A stretch of DNA of 46,894 nucleotides, from contig CAYZIY010000013.1 in the NCBI GenBank assembly GCA_964478715.1, positions 1 to 46,894 of the forward strand. The letters run 5' to 3'. A program made the position numbers and the translations under genes. This document shows, piece by piece, positions 29,053 to 41,353 of this stretch; positions within the stretch are counted from its first letter, which is position 1, and the number at the start of each line of letters is the position of its first letter. Below the pieces are notes generated by a model. That model had not been told where the DNA came from and made no database searches. It saw only the letters and a list, made by a program, of their open reading frames with translations. This DNA comes from an uncultured Planctomycetales bacterium (GTDB taxonomy: Bacteria; Omnitrophota; Gorgyraeia; Zapsychrales; JBDRMG01).

Positions 29053-30564
29053 TTATTCTTCATTTTCTTCTTTTGATCCTGACTCTACCTGCTCTTCTTC
29101 TAAGCCTTCATTTTCTTTGGTGCCTTCAAGACGTAAAGACATCTCAAATGCCGAAACATCTTTTCCTCTTTCCTTGGTTGCAGTTGTGGATGTTGTTTTT
29201 ACATTCTTGAAAAGCTCGGCATCTTCAAGCGGATCGACTAAAGAAAAAACTGTTGACATCGACTCGGAAGTCCCCTGTAGAATAATCTTTCCAGTTTCAT
29301 CGAGCGTAATGCTTTTAAAATAAATTTCGTTAGGAACAAGACGGTAGAGCTCATCCAGAATATCCAGAGCTGTCAATCGACTGTTAAGATAATCCTTAAT
29401 AATCAGTGTTTTATTAAAAACTTCTTCCAGTTCTTGAACTTCCTGCCGCTTGGGAGCATGTCGACGCTTGAGTTCATTCAGTGCGGAGCTCTTGAAATGA
29501 AGTTTGCTAATAAACATAAGAGAGAGACAGATTAAAAGAACAACCGAGAAGATCCCGCATTTAGCCACCTCTTTGCCTTGCTGCTCAATGGATTTTTTGA
29601 TCTTGATTTCCTCAGGAAGAAAATCCATTTGACAATCTTTGGCGTGTACCATCGGAGCGACAACGCTGAGGAAGGAACCTCCACCCAATTCCTCAATTTT
29701 CTCTTTGATATCTGAGCTCACCTTTAAATTATCAAGATAAGAGACAATATTAACTTCCGCTTGCAATTTATCTTTAAGTTGGGGCTGAAGTTCTTTGATT
29801 ATTTCATTGTCGCAAGTCAAAACATAAGATAAAGGCATCTGTTCAATGTCCTCGCTTCTATACGATTCAACAGAGCTTTTGAGCTCGTCCAATAGTTTAT
29901 TTCTGGCATTTTGAGCATCTTCCTCTAGCAACTTCATTCCCACAGGAATACTGCGGCATGCAATCACTTTGGACTGAAAAGCAATAGAGAAATCCGTTTC
30001 CTGATCAGAGATATCAATGATTCCCATCGGACCCTTAGCGGCCGATTCCGCGCAAACGTGGGAATACAAAAAGGAGATCGCTTCCGGAACAAGCAGAATC
30101 TTGTCCACTTCCAGGCCGACAGCTTCTAAAATATTTATCTGTTTCTTGATGCTGCTGCGGTTGATAATCACCAACAGAATCTTGGAATAATTTCTTTGAA
30201 AAACGCCGATGCTCAGATAGTCGATCACGATTTCTTCACGGGAAAACGGCGTATGCCTTCCGGCCTGGAGATTAATGATGGACTTGATTTCTTCGGGATT
30301 AACAGAAGGTATTTCGATATTTTTCGTCGTAGTGACGCTTGAGGGAATAGCGCAAATGGTACTGGCCTTTTTGACTTTAAAATCGGCCAGTATTGTTTTG
30401 ATAATCTTGGGAATCTCATCTTCCGGAAGACCCCTGATATCCCGGCTTGCAATATGCGCAACCTGATCTATGCCGGAAGAATTCTTGAGATGCGCTAGGC
30501 GCAGATTCTCATCCTCGATAGCCACACAAATTTTATCTTTTCCTACGTTAAGAAAATTCATCAA
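29053..30564 (-). CDS. PilM-PilN fusion (GspL-like)
   Basis: Actin-like N-terminal domain (IIDIS, RSIPVG), MDFLPEE linker, TM helix, PilN-like C-terminus (LVPNEIYFKSI, LQGTS). Confidence 0.82.
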   Translation of the reverse strand: MMNFLNVGKDKICVAIEDENLRLAHLKNSSGIDQVAHIASRDIRGLPEDEIPKIIKTILADFKVKKASTICAIPSSVTTTKNIEIPSVNPEEIKSIINLQAGRHTPFSREEIVIDYLSIGVFQRNYSKILLVIINRSSIKKQINILEAVGLEVDKILLVPEAISFLYSHVCAESAAKGPMGIIDISDQETDFSIAFQSKVIACRSIPVGMKLLEEDAQNARNKLLDELKSSVESYRSEDIEQMPLSYVLTCDNEIIKELQPQLKDKLQAEVNIVSYLDNLKVSSDIKEKIEELGGGSFLSVVAPMVHAKDCQMDFLPEEIKIKKSIEQQGKEVAKCGIFSVVLLICLSLMFISKLHFKSSALNELKRRHAPKRQEVQELEEVFNKTLIIKDYLNSRLTALDILDELYRLVPNEIYFKSITLDETGKIILQGTSESMSTVFSLVDPLEDAELFKNVKTTSTTATKERGKDVSAFEMSLRLEGTKENEGLEEEQVESGSKEENEE

Positions 30565-30584
30565 ATTACTCAGTTTTCTTCTTT

Positions 30585-31589
30585 TTAATCTTCCTGCCAG
30601 TAAACAATCTTTTTTTGAGATGCATCATAAATACAACGAATTTTGACACTCTCATTACTATTATAAAGTTTAGCATTGCTTTCGATAGAATAAAATTCAG
30701 ATTTCTCACTCAGCAAATCTTTTTCCATCAAACTGCGAATTTGTATTTCTTCTCTCTCGTTAAGCGGCTCCTCCTGCTGAATGAGCTCAATAATGGTTTC
30801 AGCACATGGAAAAACGATATCATCCCCCGTATAGTCAATTCCATCCGGCCCCCGGCGAATTCTTAAGATCTTATCGGCGACGTCGTGATCTAGCCCTAAG
30901 GCAATGAACACTGTTTTTTGAGCTGTATTGATATTTATTTTCCCGGAACCATAAACGGTTAAATATTTTAGCAACCGCGCAGAAACATCTTCAGTCACAC
31001 CCTTGACGAGCTTGAGTTCATCCGGAATTTCAAAAGGTTCATTTTTGGCCGGATACGGATACTCTAAATTATCATAAAAATCATCACTGAAGAACCCCAC
31101 AATCTCGCTTTCGCCTATTTCTCTCCAATCAATAATCGAATCGGCCAATCTGGTTGCCCTCACCTCATCATATTCCAGAATTAGCTTGATCAATCTTTTT
31201 AGGATATCCTTGGAAGCAACGTTGATATTAATTTTTCTTTCTTCGTCAATCAATCCATATTGTTTTGAGCCATTTTCGCTAACGGCAATACTTGCTTTGG
31301 CTCTAGGCGATGAAATATTCGAGAAATCCGATAAATTGCTATGGCGTATCATTTTACTGGGCACGGAATAGGAACCGCCATGAAAATCGTAATCCGCGTT
31401 TAAAATACCGATAGCTTTTCTGATCCCCGAAGCCGCACTTGTCTGCAAAATAGTTCTATTCTCAATCCGCTCAACAAATTTCAATTTCTGATGGATACTA
31501 AGTCCCATCGAAACAGCAAAAAGCGAAAGAACCACTAGTGTCCAAAGACTGAAAAAAAGAATTGTCCCTTTTTGATTCATCACCATCAA
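30585..31589 (-). CDS. gspK: Type II secretion minor pseudopilin GspK-like
   Basis: KGTILFFSLW N-terminus, DEERKININ, IIDWR, ELKLVKGVT and GKININTA motifs. Confidence 0.9.
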   Translation of the reverse strand: MMVMNQKGTILFFSLWTLVVLSLFAVSMGLSIHQKLKFVERIENRTILQTSAASGIRKAIGILNADYDFHGGSYSVPSKMIRHSNLSDFSNISSPRAKASIAVSENGSKQYGLIDEERKININVASKDILKRLIKLILEYDEVRATRLADSIIDWREIGESEIVGFFSDDFYDNLEYPYPAKNEPFEIPDELKLVKGVTEDVSARLLKYLTVYGSGKININTAQKTVFIALGLDHDVADKILRIRRGPDGIDYTGDDIVFPCAETIIELIQQEEPLNEREEIQIRSLMEKDLLSEKSEFYSIESNAKLYNSNESVKIRCIYDASQKKIVYWQED

Positions 31590-31597
31590 TCTTTTCT

Positions 31598-32224
31598 CTA
31601 TCCACCGACAGGAATGTCGAATATTCTCTCCATTTCTTGCTGTTTCTTTTCATCGTACGTCACGATAACTCGAAGTGTATGGGGAATGATACCTAAAGCC
31701 TCATCCTTCAGATGAAATTCCCCTTGATGATCATAAACATATTGAATCTTGAAAGACTTCACCGATGGCAACAAAATCCGCTCAGACTGAAACTTTTTTC
31801 TCAAAGCCTGCGCGTAATTAGCTTGGCGCCGAACAAGCTGATTTTTGTAAGGAAGAAACTGGTACTGAATCCGCCCGATCTGAGAAACATAGGAATCACG
31901 GGGTAAGCCCAACTTACGGTCTGCTTGGGTCGTCACAATGGCAGCAAATGAAATTCTTTCCGAAGTTCCCTCAAATGGAATTTGAGAATAATAAACCATC
32001 TTATTGAAATCCGAGCGCATCCTCTCTAAGCTAAGAACGATATCTTCTTCAAAAGTTATTTGATTACTTTTTTGCCAGATTTTCAGTCCATTATTGAATG
32101 CCTGAAAAACAGCCGAGCCGATTAAGGCAATCAATCCCGTAACCAGCATGGCTTCCATTAAAGTAAAGGCGCGAATATCGCTTCGCTTAAACAATGGGTT
32201 GAAAATTGCACGGCTTTTATTCAT
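31598..32224 (-). CDS. Minor pseudopilin, GspJ-like
   Basis: Prepilin motif RAFTLMEAMLV; located before gspK. Confidence 0.8.
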   Translation of the reverse strand: MNKSRAIFNPLFKRSDIRAFTLMEAMLVTGLIALIGSAVFQAFNNGLKIWQKSNQITFEEDIVLSLERMRSDFNKMVYYSQIPFEGTSERISFAAIVTTQADRKLGLPRDSYVSQIGRIQYQFLPYKNQLVRRQANYAQALRKKFQSERILLPSVKSFKIQYVYDHQGEFHLKDEALGIIPHTLRVIVTYDEKKQQEMERIFDIPVGG

Positions 32225-32621
32225 ACGGTATTATGATAGAATATTGCTGGAGTTTTTTCTGATACCGGCCTTCCCGCCAAGATATCTCGAGCATGAGTTC
32301 GAGAATACCTTCTTTCTGGCCAACATTTTTTATCGAGACATCATAGAGAAAATTAACTGGTGACCCGTCAATTGTTATTTGTTGAGCTTCTTGGGCAAAA
32401 GCTAAAGGAATTTCCTTAGATACCGCATAGACTTTGGCAATAGAAACAGCTCTGTTCTGGAGAAGCTGAAAAGCTTGGAGTCTATAATTAATATGACGGG
32501 CCGTATGAAGAGAGATAAAAAATGAGCGGTAAATCGATGTGATTCCGAAAGCCAAAATAGCAACAGCCACCATCAGTTCAAAGAATGTGAGGCCCTTATG
32601 ATCATCTTTTTCAAATTTCAT
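32217..32621 (-). CDS. Minor pseudopilin, GspI/PilV-like
   Basis: Prepilin motif KGLTFFELMVAVAILAFG; short length. Confidence 0.8.
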   Translation of the reverse strand: MKFEKDDHKGLTFFELMVAVAILAFGITSIYRSFFISLHTARHINYRLQAFQLLQNRAVSIAKVYAVSKEIPLAFAQEAQQITIDGSPVNFLYDVSIKNVGQKEGILELMLEISWREGRYQKKLQQYSIIIPYE

Positions 32622-32630
32622 GAAAACAGC

Positions 32631-33086
32631 TTAACTCTTTCCCCAATTCGTAATATCATCTTCGCTGGTTGTCTCGTCGCGTCCTTTGGAATAAAGATCA
32701 TAATCGGCCCTGTTTTCACCGGGTGAAACATATTGATAGGGGCGTCCCCAGGGATCGATTGGCTCACGCTCCGAATAGGGACCATTCCAATTGGAAGGAA
32801 TGGGGCTGTTTGAAGGTTTCTTGAGTAAGGCCTTCAATCCTTGGCTCGTCGTAGGGAAGAAACCATTATCCAATTCATACAGTTTTAAAGCTGTTGCGAT
32901 ATTATTCTTGATATCCGCTTCAGCAGCTGCCCGTTTTGCCTGCTCAGAACGGCCGGTCAGTCGAGGAATCACCATAGCGGCCAAAGCCCCGATGATAACA
33001 ACAACCAGCATAATTTCAATTAAAGTAAAAGCCTTATTTGGGAATCTTGAAAATGATTTTTTCTTCTTTTGAATTTCTAAGCTCAT
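32631..33086 (-). CDS. gspG: Major pseudopilin GspG
   Basis: AFTLIEIMLVVVIIG, ALKLYELDNG, NWNGPY and DPWGRPYQY; start moved to ATG 33086 after SD AGGAGG. Confidence 0.95.
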   Translation of the reverse strand: MSLEIQKKKKSFSRFPNKAFTLIEIMLVVVIIGALAAMVIPRLTGRSEQAKRAAAEADIKNNIATALKLYELDNGFFPTTSQGLKALLKKPSNSPIPSNWNGPYSEREPIDPWGRPYQYVSPGENRADYDLYSKGRDETTSEDDITNWGKS

Positions 33087-33096
33087 CACTCCTCCT

Positions 33097-33903
33097 TTAA
33101 TGCAATAAATAATTGCTCCATCTCTGCTGAAGCTCTTCAATAGACTTCGCGCCTGAAGGATAGGCGATGCGTAAAGCCTCTTCAAAATTTCTTCCGTCTC
33201 TTAATTGCCGGCATAAACGTTTAAAGGCACTGCGCCCATACTTTGTAATCAAAAACTCGACAATCGAAACGCTTTGGGCGTAAAACAAGGCAACAATATC
33301 CTGATTGTTCTGCTGGTATACATTCATCGAAAACAAAGTCTTTAAAGGAAGCTGCCTGTTCTGCTTGACAACGCTTTTCATCAATTGACGAGCCATTATT
33401 AGCCTACTTTCTTGCTGCAATTGGGCCACCCCTTCATCAAACCATACGGGAATAGGTTTGTCAAATCCGATAAAATCCCTGAGGATCAGATGGCTGATTT
33501 CATGCGGCAATAATCCCTTAATGAAATCTTCCTCCTGACGATATGTCACAATTAATCGACTTTGGAATAATTTTGAGTGACTGCTAGAATAGCCCCGAGA
33601 CCAAAGAGGCTGCCCTGTTTTTTCTGCAAACTGCTTTTGATTCTTAAAAATAATGATTTTCACACGCTCATTCCATGTCCAAAAATTGGTATAGCGCGAA
33701 TAGCCAATCTGAGACGCAATGGATCTGTAATATTTCTCGGCTTGACGAAGAATTTTTCTTGCCGTTTGGCTGTCCTCTTTATAAGAATAGAAAACGGCAA
33801 AATGATCACTTTTCTCCTGAAGCCACCCGGAAGCAAAAGCCGTTCCTTCATGATAAACATAGAGAAGCAATAAACACAATACCAGGAAAATCTTTTTGAG
33901 CAT
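33097..33903 (-). CDS. Exported gluzincin (peptidase MA-like) metallopeptidase
   Basis: Signal peptide from ATG 33903; HEISH plus WFDEGVAQ; FYAQSVSIVEFL. Confidence 0.85.
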   Translation of the reverse strand: MLKKIFLVLCLLLLYVYHEGTAFASGWLQEKSDHFAVFYSYKEDSQTARKILRQAEKYYRSIASQIGYSRYTNFWTWNERVKIIIFKNQKQFAEKTGQPLWSRGYSSSHSKLFQSRLIVTYRQEEDFIKGLLPHEISHLILRDFIGFDKPIPVWFDEGVAQLQQESRLIMARQLMKSVVKQNRQLPLKTLFSMNVYQQNNQDIVALFYAQSVSIVEFLITKYGRSAFKRLCRQLRDGRNFEEALRIAYPSGAKSIEELQQRWSNYLLH

Positions 33904-33907
33904 AGGG

Positions 33908-35119
33908 CTATCGTCCGGCCAGCAAATCCATTTGAAAAATCGGCAACAACATGGCCATGACCATGAAACCAACAATCAAGCCGATCGTCAAAATAAGAAC
34001 GGGCTCCAAAAGCGCGGTAAGCGTCTTCAGTGATTCCTCGATATCCTGCTCATAAGTTAAAGCAATATCGGCAAGTGTTTCCTCCAGCGATCCAGACTCC
34101 TCGCCAACGATAATCATATGGCTAATGAGAATCGGAACCACGGAAATATTTTTCAGACTTTCCCCAAACGAAGAGCCGGATTCGAGATTCTCCATACCTT
34201 TACGTATGTTTGCTCTAATCACATTGTTATGAATAGTAGCGGAAGCTATCGATATCGCTTTCAATAAAGGCGCACCGCTTCTAAGAAGAAGTTCGAGAGT
34301 CTTAGAGAACCGGGATATTTCTGTCTTTTTGATTAATTGTCCGAAAAGCGGGACAGTAAGCAAAAACCGATGGAACAATAATCTTCCGGAATTTGTCTTG
34401 GCCCATTTGATCAAAAAGAGGACAGCAAAGAAGATCCCTAAACTGATGACAATCCAATAATCGCGTATTCCTTGACTGAGAGTAATCATGATACGGGTTG
34501 CCAAAGGAAGCTGTTGATCTATCTGTGAGAAAAGCGGCATCACCCGTGGCATTACATTAGTTAAAATAAATATTACTGTAGCAATTCCCACAAAAAGCAT
34601 CAAAAGAGGATAAGCTAAAGCGACGCGCACTTTTGAGTAAATCTCGTCCTGGGATTTGAGATGGGCAGATATCCTCTGAATCATCTCGGATAATTGCCCT
34701 CCCTCCTCACCGGCCTGAACCATAGCAATGTAAAGCGTTGAAAAGACTCGGGGATATTGACTGAGACAATCGGAAAGATTATAACCATCTTTGATCTTAG
34801 CGCTAACATCAGCCAATATTCTCTTCAAATCATTATTTTGAGTTTGTTGCGATAAAAGATGAAAGGCTTTTAAGATGGGGACACCGGTCTTAAGAAGATT
34901 GGCCAGCTGGCGACTCATCAGATAAGTTTCTTTCAAAGACACTCTCTCTGACCTAAAAATCCTTCGAGATCTTGTTTTGAACTGCTCCTCCTGTACCGAT
35001 AAAGGCGTTAGCCCCATATGATTAATAATATCAATTGCCTCTTCTTTGTTTTGAGCTTCCAAGCGACCTTCTTTGATTTCTGTTGAACCTTTTTTAGCTT
35101 TGTATAAAAAAGACGGCAT
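33908..35119 (-). CDS. gspF: Type II secretion inner-membrane platform protein GspF/PilC
   Basis: RQLANLLKTGVPI, AGEEGGQL, ALAYP, GEESGSL and LLEP motifs. Confidence 0.95.
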   Translation of the reverse strand: MPSFLYKAKKGSTEIKEGRLEAQNKEEAIDIINHMGLTPLSVQEEQFKTRSRRIFRSERVSLKETYLMSRQLANLLKTGVPILKAFHLLSQQTQNNDLKRILADVSAKIKDGYNLSDCLSQYPRVFSTLYIAMVQAGEEGGQLSEMIQRISAHLKSQDEIYSKVRVALAYPLLMLFVGIATVIFILTNVMPRVMPLFSQIDQQLPLATRIMITLSQGIRDYWIVISLGIFFAVLFLIKWAKTNSGRLLFHRFLLTVPLFGQLIKKTEISRFSKTLELLLRSGAPLLKAISIASATIHNNVIRANIRKGMENLESGSSFGESLKNISVVPILISHMIIVGEESGSLEETLADIALTYEQDIEESLKTLTALLEPVLILTIGLIVGFMVMAMLLPIFQMDLLAGR

Positions 35120-35124
35120 ATTGT

Positions 35125-37350
35125 TTATCCTCGAGTATCTTTTTTCGAATTAACAAAATTTTCTATCTTTACCCGATCCGCGCTTGAAATATCTAAATAA
35201 TAAACCGCGATATTGAGTGTATCACTCAGCTCATCTTCTTCTACGCGACAAATTTTTGCCAGACAGCCGATGCCATCTTTCTTTTCATCCAGCTGTATCC
35301 GTAAATCAACAATTGAGTCCACTTCAATCGAATGACTAGATGAAAAAAGGAGACCACCGGCACTGATGTTTTTGGTGATTGATGAATGCTCGTAATTATC
35401 TCCTTTATACGTCGTCGTTTCAACATCGCTCTCTTGGGGTTGAAATATTTTATAACGGATTTTGACCTTCTCGTTGATCCGCGGATAAATTCGTTTCTCG
35501 TGATCCAATTTAGCCGATTGCATCACGTTCCTTCTTATTGTACGGAATTGATAAACTGTTTTATTATCAAGGCGATTTTCCTTTTTTGCCTTATTTTCAA
35601 CCTGGTCATCTGGCGGAATCCCCTCGGTGGGATATTGTTCTTTACTGGTTACATTGATCACCTCGGCCGGTGTCGTCAGCCCCTGAATAACCTTCCGCCA
35701 GCCGTCTTGCCGCAAAGTCTTCATGCCGCTTTTTATGGCAATCTTTTTGATATATTCTATGCGAGGCCTTTCTAAAATAGCCGAGCGAATTTCTTCATTC
35801 ATCACCATCATCTCGTGAATGGCTGTCCGTCCAAAATAACCGGTTTGGTTGCATTGATCGCAACCTTTTCCGTGATAAAATTTTATACTATTATCGTCAA
35901 TTTTAAGAGCCTCAGCTATTTCGTCTTTTATCTCTAAAAAAGGTGCTATCGTTTCTTCTTTACAGTGGGGGCAAATCATACGCACCAAACGTTGAGCAAC
36001 AAAAGCCTCAACGCTAGAGGCGACCAGATAGGGCTCAAGCCCCATATCGATCAAACGGGTAATCCCGCTGGTGGCATCATTGGTGTGCAATGTCGAAAAA
36101 ACTAAATGTCCCGTTAAGGCGGTACGAATCGCGATTTCGGCGGTCTCCAAATCACGCACCTCGCCGACCATAATAATATCAGGATCATGCCGTAGAATAC
36201 TTCTTAAACCACGCGCAAAATTGAGATCTACTTTAGGATTCACCTGAATTTGAGTAATCCCTTCCATCTCATACTCTACCGGATCTTCAATGGTGATGAT
36301 TTTACGCTCGAGCGTATTGATCTCATTGAGGCAAGCATAAAGAGTCGTTGTCTTTCCGCTGCCAGTAGGGCCTGTCAAAAAAACAATCCCATGAGGCTTG
36401 GCGATAATGTTTCTGAATTCCTGAACATTCTCCTTATTGAGCCCCAGTTTTTGTAAACTAAAAAGTCTTACTTTGGTCGGCAAGATACGAATCACCATAC
36501 TTTCCCCTGAAGGCGTAGGGATAGTTGAAACTCTCAAATCCAAATTCTGCTCCTTGGTTTTGACCACAGCACTTCCGTCTTGCGGCACACGTTTCTCGAC
36601 AATACTCAAACCCGCCATTATTTTGATCCTTGAGAGAATAGGAAAAATGAAATGTCGGATTTGGACGGGTAAATTCGCGTCCATGAGGACTCCGTCGATC
36701 CGATAACGGAAGCGAACTTTATCACGGTAAGGTTCGATATGAATATCGGTGGCTCTTTTTTTATACGCTTCCAAGATAATCTGGTTAACCAGATTAATGA
36801 TGGAAGCATCTTCGCTTGCCTTCTCCAAATCTTCAATGCTCTGCCTTTGATTGGCCTCAGCGATTTTAACACGTTCGGGATCCTTGCTGAGAATGCGGTC
36901 CACCGTATCGGCTGCCAGACCGTAATACTTCTTAAAGACATCGAGAATTTGAGATTCCTTGGCCAAAACCAATTTGGGTTGCAAACCTAAGTAGACTCGA
37001 ATTTCATCTTGCATCTTAATATCTAAAGGAACAGCCGTCGCAATCTTTATTTCCTTTCCCTCTATTGCCAGCGGCATAAATTTATAATACCAAGCAAATT
37101 TTACGGGAATCTTCTTTATGACTTTTTGATCGATAATGAATTTGTTCAAATCGACTATTTCTAAGTTTAATTTCCGTGAGAGAACCTTAATGATCTCGTT
37201 TTCACTGACAAATCCCTGACGGACAAGATAGCTGGTTAGGGTTTCTCTGGCGCTTTGAGCTTTGGCTTGAGCCCGAGCGATATCTTCCATCGAGATAAGT
37301 TTATTTTCAATAAGAATATTGGCTAATGTTTTTTCAGATGAATTGGTCAT
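35125..37350 (-). CDS. gspE: GspE/PilB assembly ATPase with a C-terminal PilZ domain
   Basis: GPTGSGKT, TIEDPVE, LRHDPDIIMVGE, STLHTN, CPHC/CDQC; C-terminal KRIYPR and NISAGG. Confidence 0.95.
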   Translation of the reverse strand: MTNSSEKTLANILIENKLISMEDIARAQAKAQSARETLTSYLVRQGFVSENEIIKVLSRKLNLEIVDLNKFIIDQKVIKKIPVKFAWYYKFMPLAIEGKEIKIATAVPLDIKMQDEIRVYLGLQPKLVLAKESQILDVFKKYYGLAADTVDRILSKDPERVKIAEANQRQSIEDLEKASEDASIINLVNQIILEAYKKRATDIHIEPYRDKVRFRYRIDGVLMDANLPVQIRHFIFPILSRIKIMAGLSIVEKRVPQDGSAVVKTKEQNLDLRVSTIPTPSGESMVIRILPTKVRLFSLQKLGLNKENVQEFRNIIAKPHGIVFLTGPTGSGKTTTLYACLNEINTLERKIITIEDPVEYEMEGITQIQVNPKVDLNFARGLRSILRHDPDIIMVGEVRDLETAEIAIRTALTGHLVFSTLHTNDATSGITRLIDMGLEPYLVASSVEAFVAQRLVRMICPHCKEETIAPFLEIKDEIAEALKIDDNSIKFYHGKGCDQCNQTGYFGRTAIHEMMVMNEEIRSAILERPRIEYIKKIAIKSGMKTLRQDGWRKVIQGLTTPAEVINVTSKEQYPTEGIPPDDQVENKAKKENRLDNKTVYQFRTIRRNVMQSAKLDHEKRIYPRINEKVKIRYKIFQPQESDVETTTYKGDNYEHSSITKNISAGGLLFSSSHSIEVDSIVDLRIQLDEKKDGIGCLAKICRVEEDELSDTLNIAVYYLDISSADRVKIENFVNSKKDTRG

Positions 37351-37365
37351 AATGAAGATGAAAAA

Positions 37366-39742
<2,377 letters not shown>

Positions 39743-39757
39743 ATTCGAATAATGAAA

Positions 39758-40501
39758 TTATGCGCCTTCAATCTTATCTTTCTTTCTAGTGGAGGCCTCG
39801 ATGATCAGATTTTTGATGCTCCCGTCCAGAGCTAAACTGCCGAATTTTAACATGATTCCGGCGACCATTTGCTTATCCGTTGTAGCGCTAACTGTAATTG
39901 ATCTACCCAGCTTTTTTTCAATAATATCGAAAATCCTTTGATTGATCGATTCGTCAAGAGATCCTGCGGTCACAATCTCAACGGTTTTAACATCTGAAGA
40001 AATTTGTTTCATATCCACATTTTCCAGATCCTTGATAAATTCCTCCCATAATCTTTCCTCCAAAATACCGCGCGCTTCTTCGCTTAATATCTCGCATAAG
40101 ATTTCGGAGGCAAAGGTAACCGTCTTAATCTCAATCTCTTTTTCAATATCTTTGCGGATTTGATCCTTGGTTCTTTGGGCTTTGTCGATAATCTCCTCAC
40201 CCTCGTTCCGGGCCTTTTGAATCATCTGCGCACGTTCTTCTTTAGCTTTTTCATTAGCCTCATCGATCATCTTTTTGGCTAACTCTTCCGCTTCTTTGCG
40301 GCGCTTCTCCAGCTCTTCATTGGCTTCTTTAATTTTGCGATCCAGTTCGGCCTGTTTGGCACGCGCTTCTTCAGTCTCCTTATTCAAACGTTGAACCGCT
40401 CCTTCGGTACTTGAAAAAAAGACTTGCTTCATGACAAAAATAATCACTCCAAAAACAACTGTCTGTAAAACAAAAATTTTGATAAGAAGCATCCAGTTCA
40501 T
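39758..40501 (-). CDS. Fo subunit b fused to the delta/OSCP C-terminal domain
   Basis: N-terminal TM helix, long charged coiled coil, then VEIVTAGSL...MVAGIMLKFGSLALDGSIK. Confidence 0.85.
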   Translation of the reverse strand: MNWMLLIKIFVLQTVVFGVIIFVMKQVFFSSTEGAVQRLNKETEEARAKQAELDRKIKEANEELEKRRKEAEELAKKMIDEANEKAKEERAQMIQKARNEGEEIIDKAQRTKDQIRKDIEKEIEIKTVTFASEILCEILSEEARGILEERLWEEFIKDLENVDMKQISSDVKTVEIVTAGSLDESINQRIFDIIEKKLGRSITVSATTDKQMVAGIMLKFGSLALDGSIKNLIIEASTRKKDKIEGA

Positions 40502-40532
40502 CGTATCCCTTTCTGATTTTTTCTTTCATTCA

Positions 40533-40775
40533 TTATTCGGCATACGTCTCAAGCATATGATAAAAAATAAGCAAAAGACCAAAGCTGATCACTTCGACAA
40601 AAACTAATTTGAGAAAAATCCCAGTTTGAATGGCCGGAGTCTTGCTCGGATAATAAGATAATTTCTTTAGCATCTTGTATCCTAAAATAGCCGCCGCTGT
40701 GCAGGGAATTGCAATCATGATAAAGATAATCGTGATCAGGGTCAGTCCGGTTTGTAGAGTTTCGCTTTGCTCCAT
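40533..40775 (-). CDS. Second, divergent c-subunit-like hairpin protein
   Basis: Aligns without gaps to the neighbouring c subunit (P..A.LGY..K.L...PS...I..G...L.FVE.IS). Confidence 0.7.
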   Translation of the reverse strand: MEQSETLQTGLTLITIIFIMIAIPCTAAAILGYKMLKKLSYYPSKTPAIQTGIFLKLVFVEVISFGLLLIFYHMLETYAE

Positions 40776-40781
40776 TTGAGT

Positions 40782-41003
40782 CTACCTTCCAAAAAGCTGA
40801 AAGATAATGAGAATGGCAACGATGGAAATCGCCTCAACGAAAATCAAAAGAACAATCATTCCCATAAAAATCTTGGACGCGGCCGAAGGATTCCTTCCCA
40901 AGGCTTTTATAACCGAATAGCCCAAAACCGCAATGACCATCGATGGCCCCATAACGGCAATAAACATGATCGCAATAATAATAAAGGTTTCGGCTAATCT
41001 CAT
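40782..41003 (-). CDS. atpE: Fo subunit c (divergent)
   Basis: 73-aa two-TM hairpin, GRNP loop, conserved Glu in FVEAI. Confidence 0.88.
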   Translation of the reverse strand: MRLAETFIIIAIMFIAVMGPSMVIAVLGYSVIKALGRNPSAASKIFMGMIVLLIFVEAISIVAILIIFQLFGR

Positions 41004-41009
41004 AATTTG

Positions 41010-41342
41010 CTAAACTTCCCCTTGCTCATCATCTTCTTTACCAAAAACCATATCTTCTTCTTTCCCCTCTTTTTCTTTCTTTTCTCTTTCTTCCTGCTCG
41101 ATCAGAACGATACAATCATTGGCAAAAAATCTTAAGATACCGACCTTGACAGGAACAGCATGCCGCCAGTTAATAATAATCTTGCTGTTCAACTGCAAAA
41201 TACCGATCACCGGATAGTGATAGGGCAAAATCTCATATTCTCCCTCATCGCCGGTAATAAACAAAGAATGAACCTCGTTTTCATAAACAAGACTGTCGGG
41301 CGTCATAATAGTGCATTTGAATGTTCCTTTATAGCGCGCCAT
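41010..41342 (-). CDS. atpC: F1 epsilon subunit (beta-sandwich domain only, with an acidic tail)
   Basis: IMTPDSLVYENEV, GDEGEYEILPYHYPVIGIL motifs. Confidence 0.85.
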   Translation of the reverse strand: MARYKGTFKCTIMTPDSLVYENEVHSLFITGDEGEYEILPYHYPVIGILQLNSKIIINWRHAVPVKVGILRFFANDCIVLIEQEEREKKEKEGKEEDMVFGKEDDEQGEV

Positions 41343-41353
41343 TGTTACAGACC

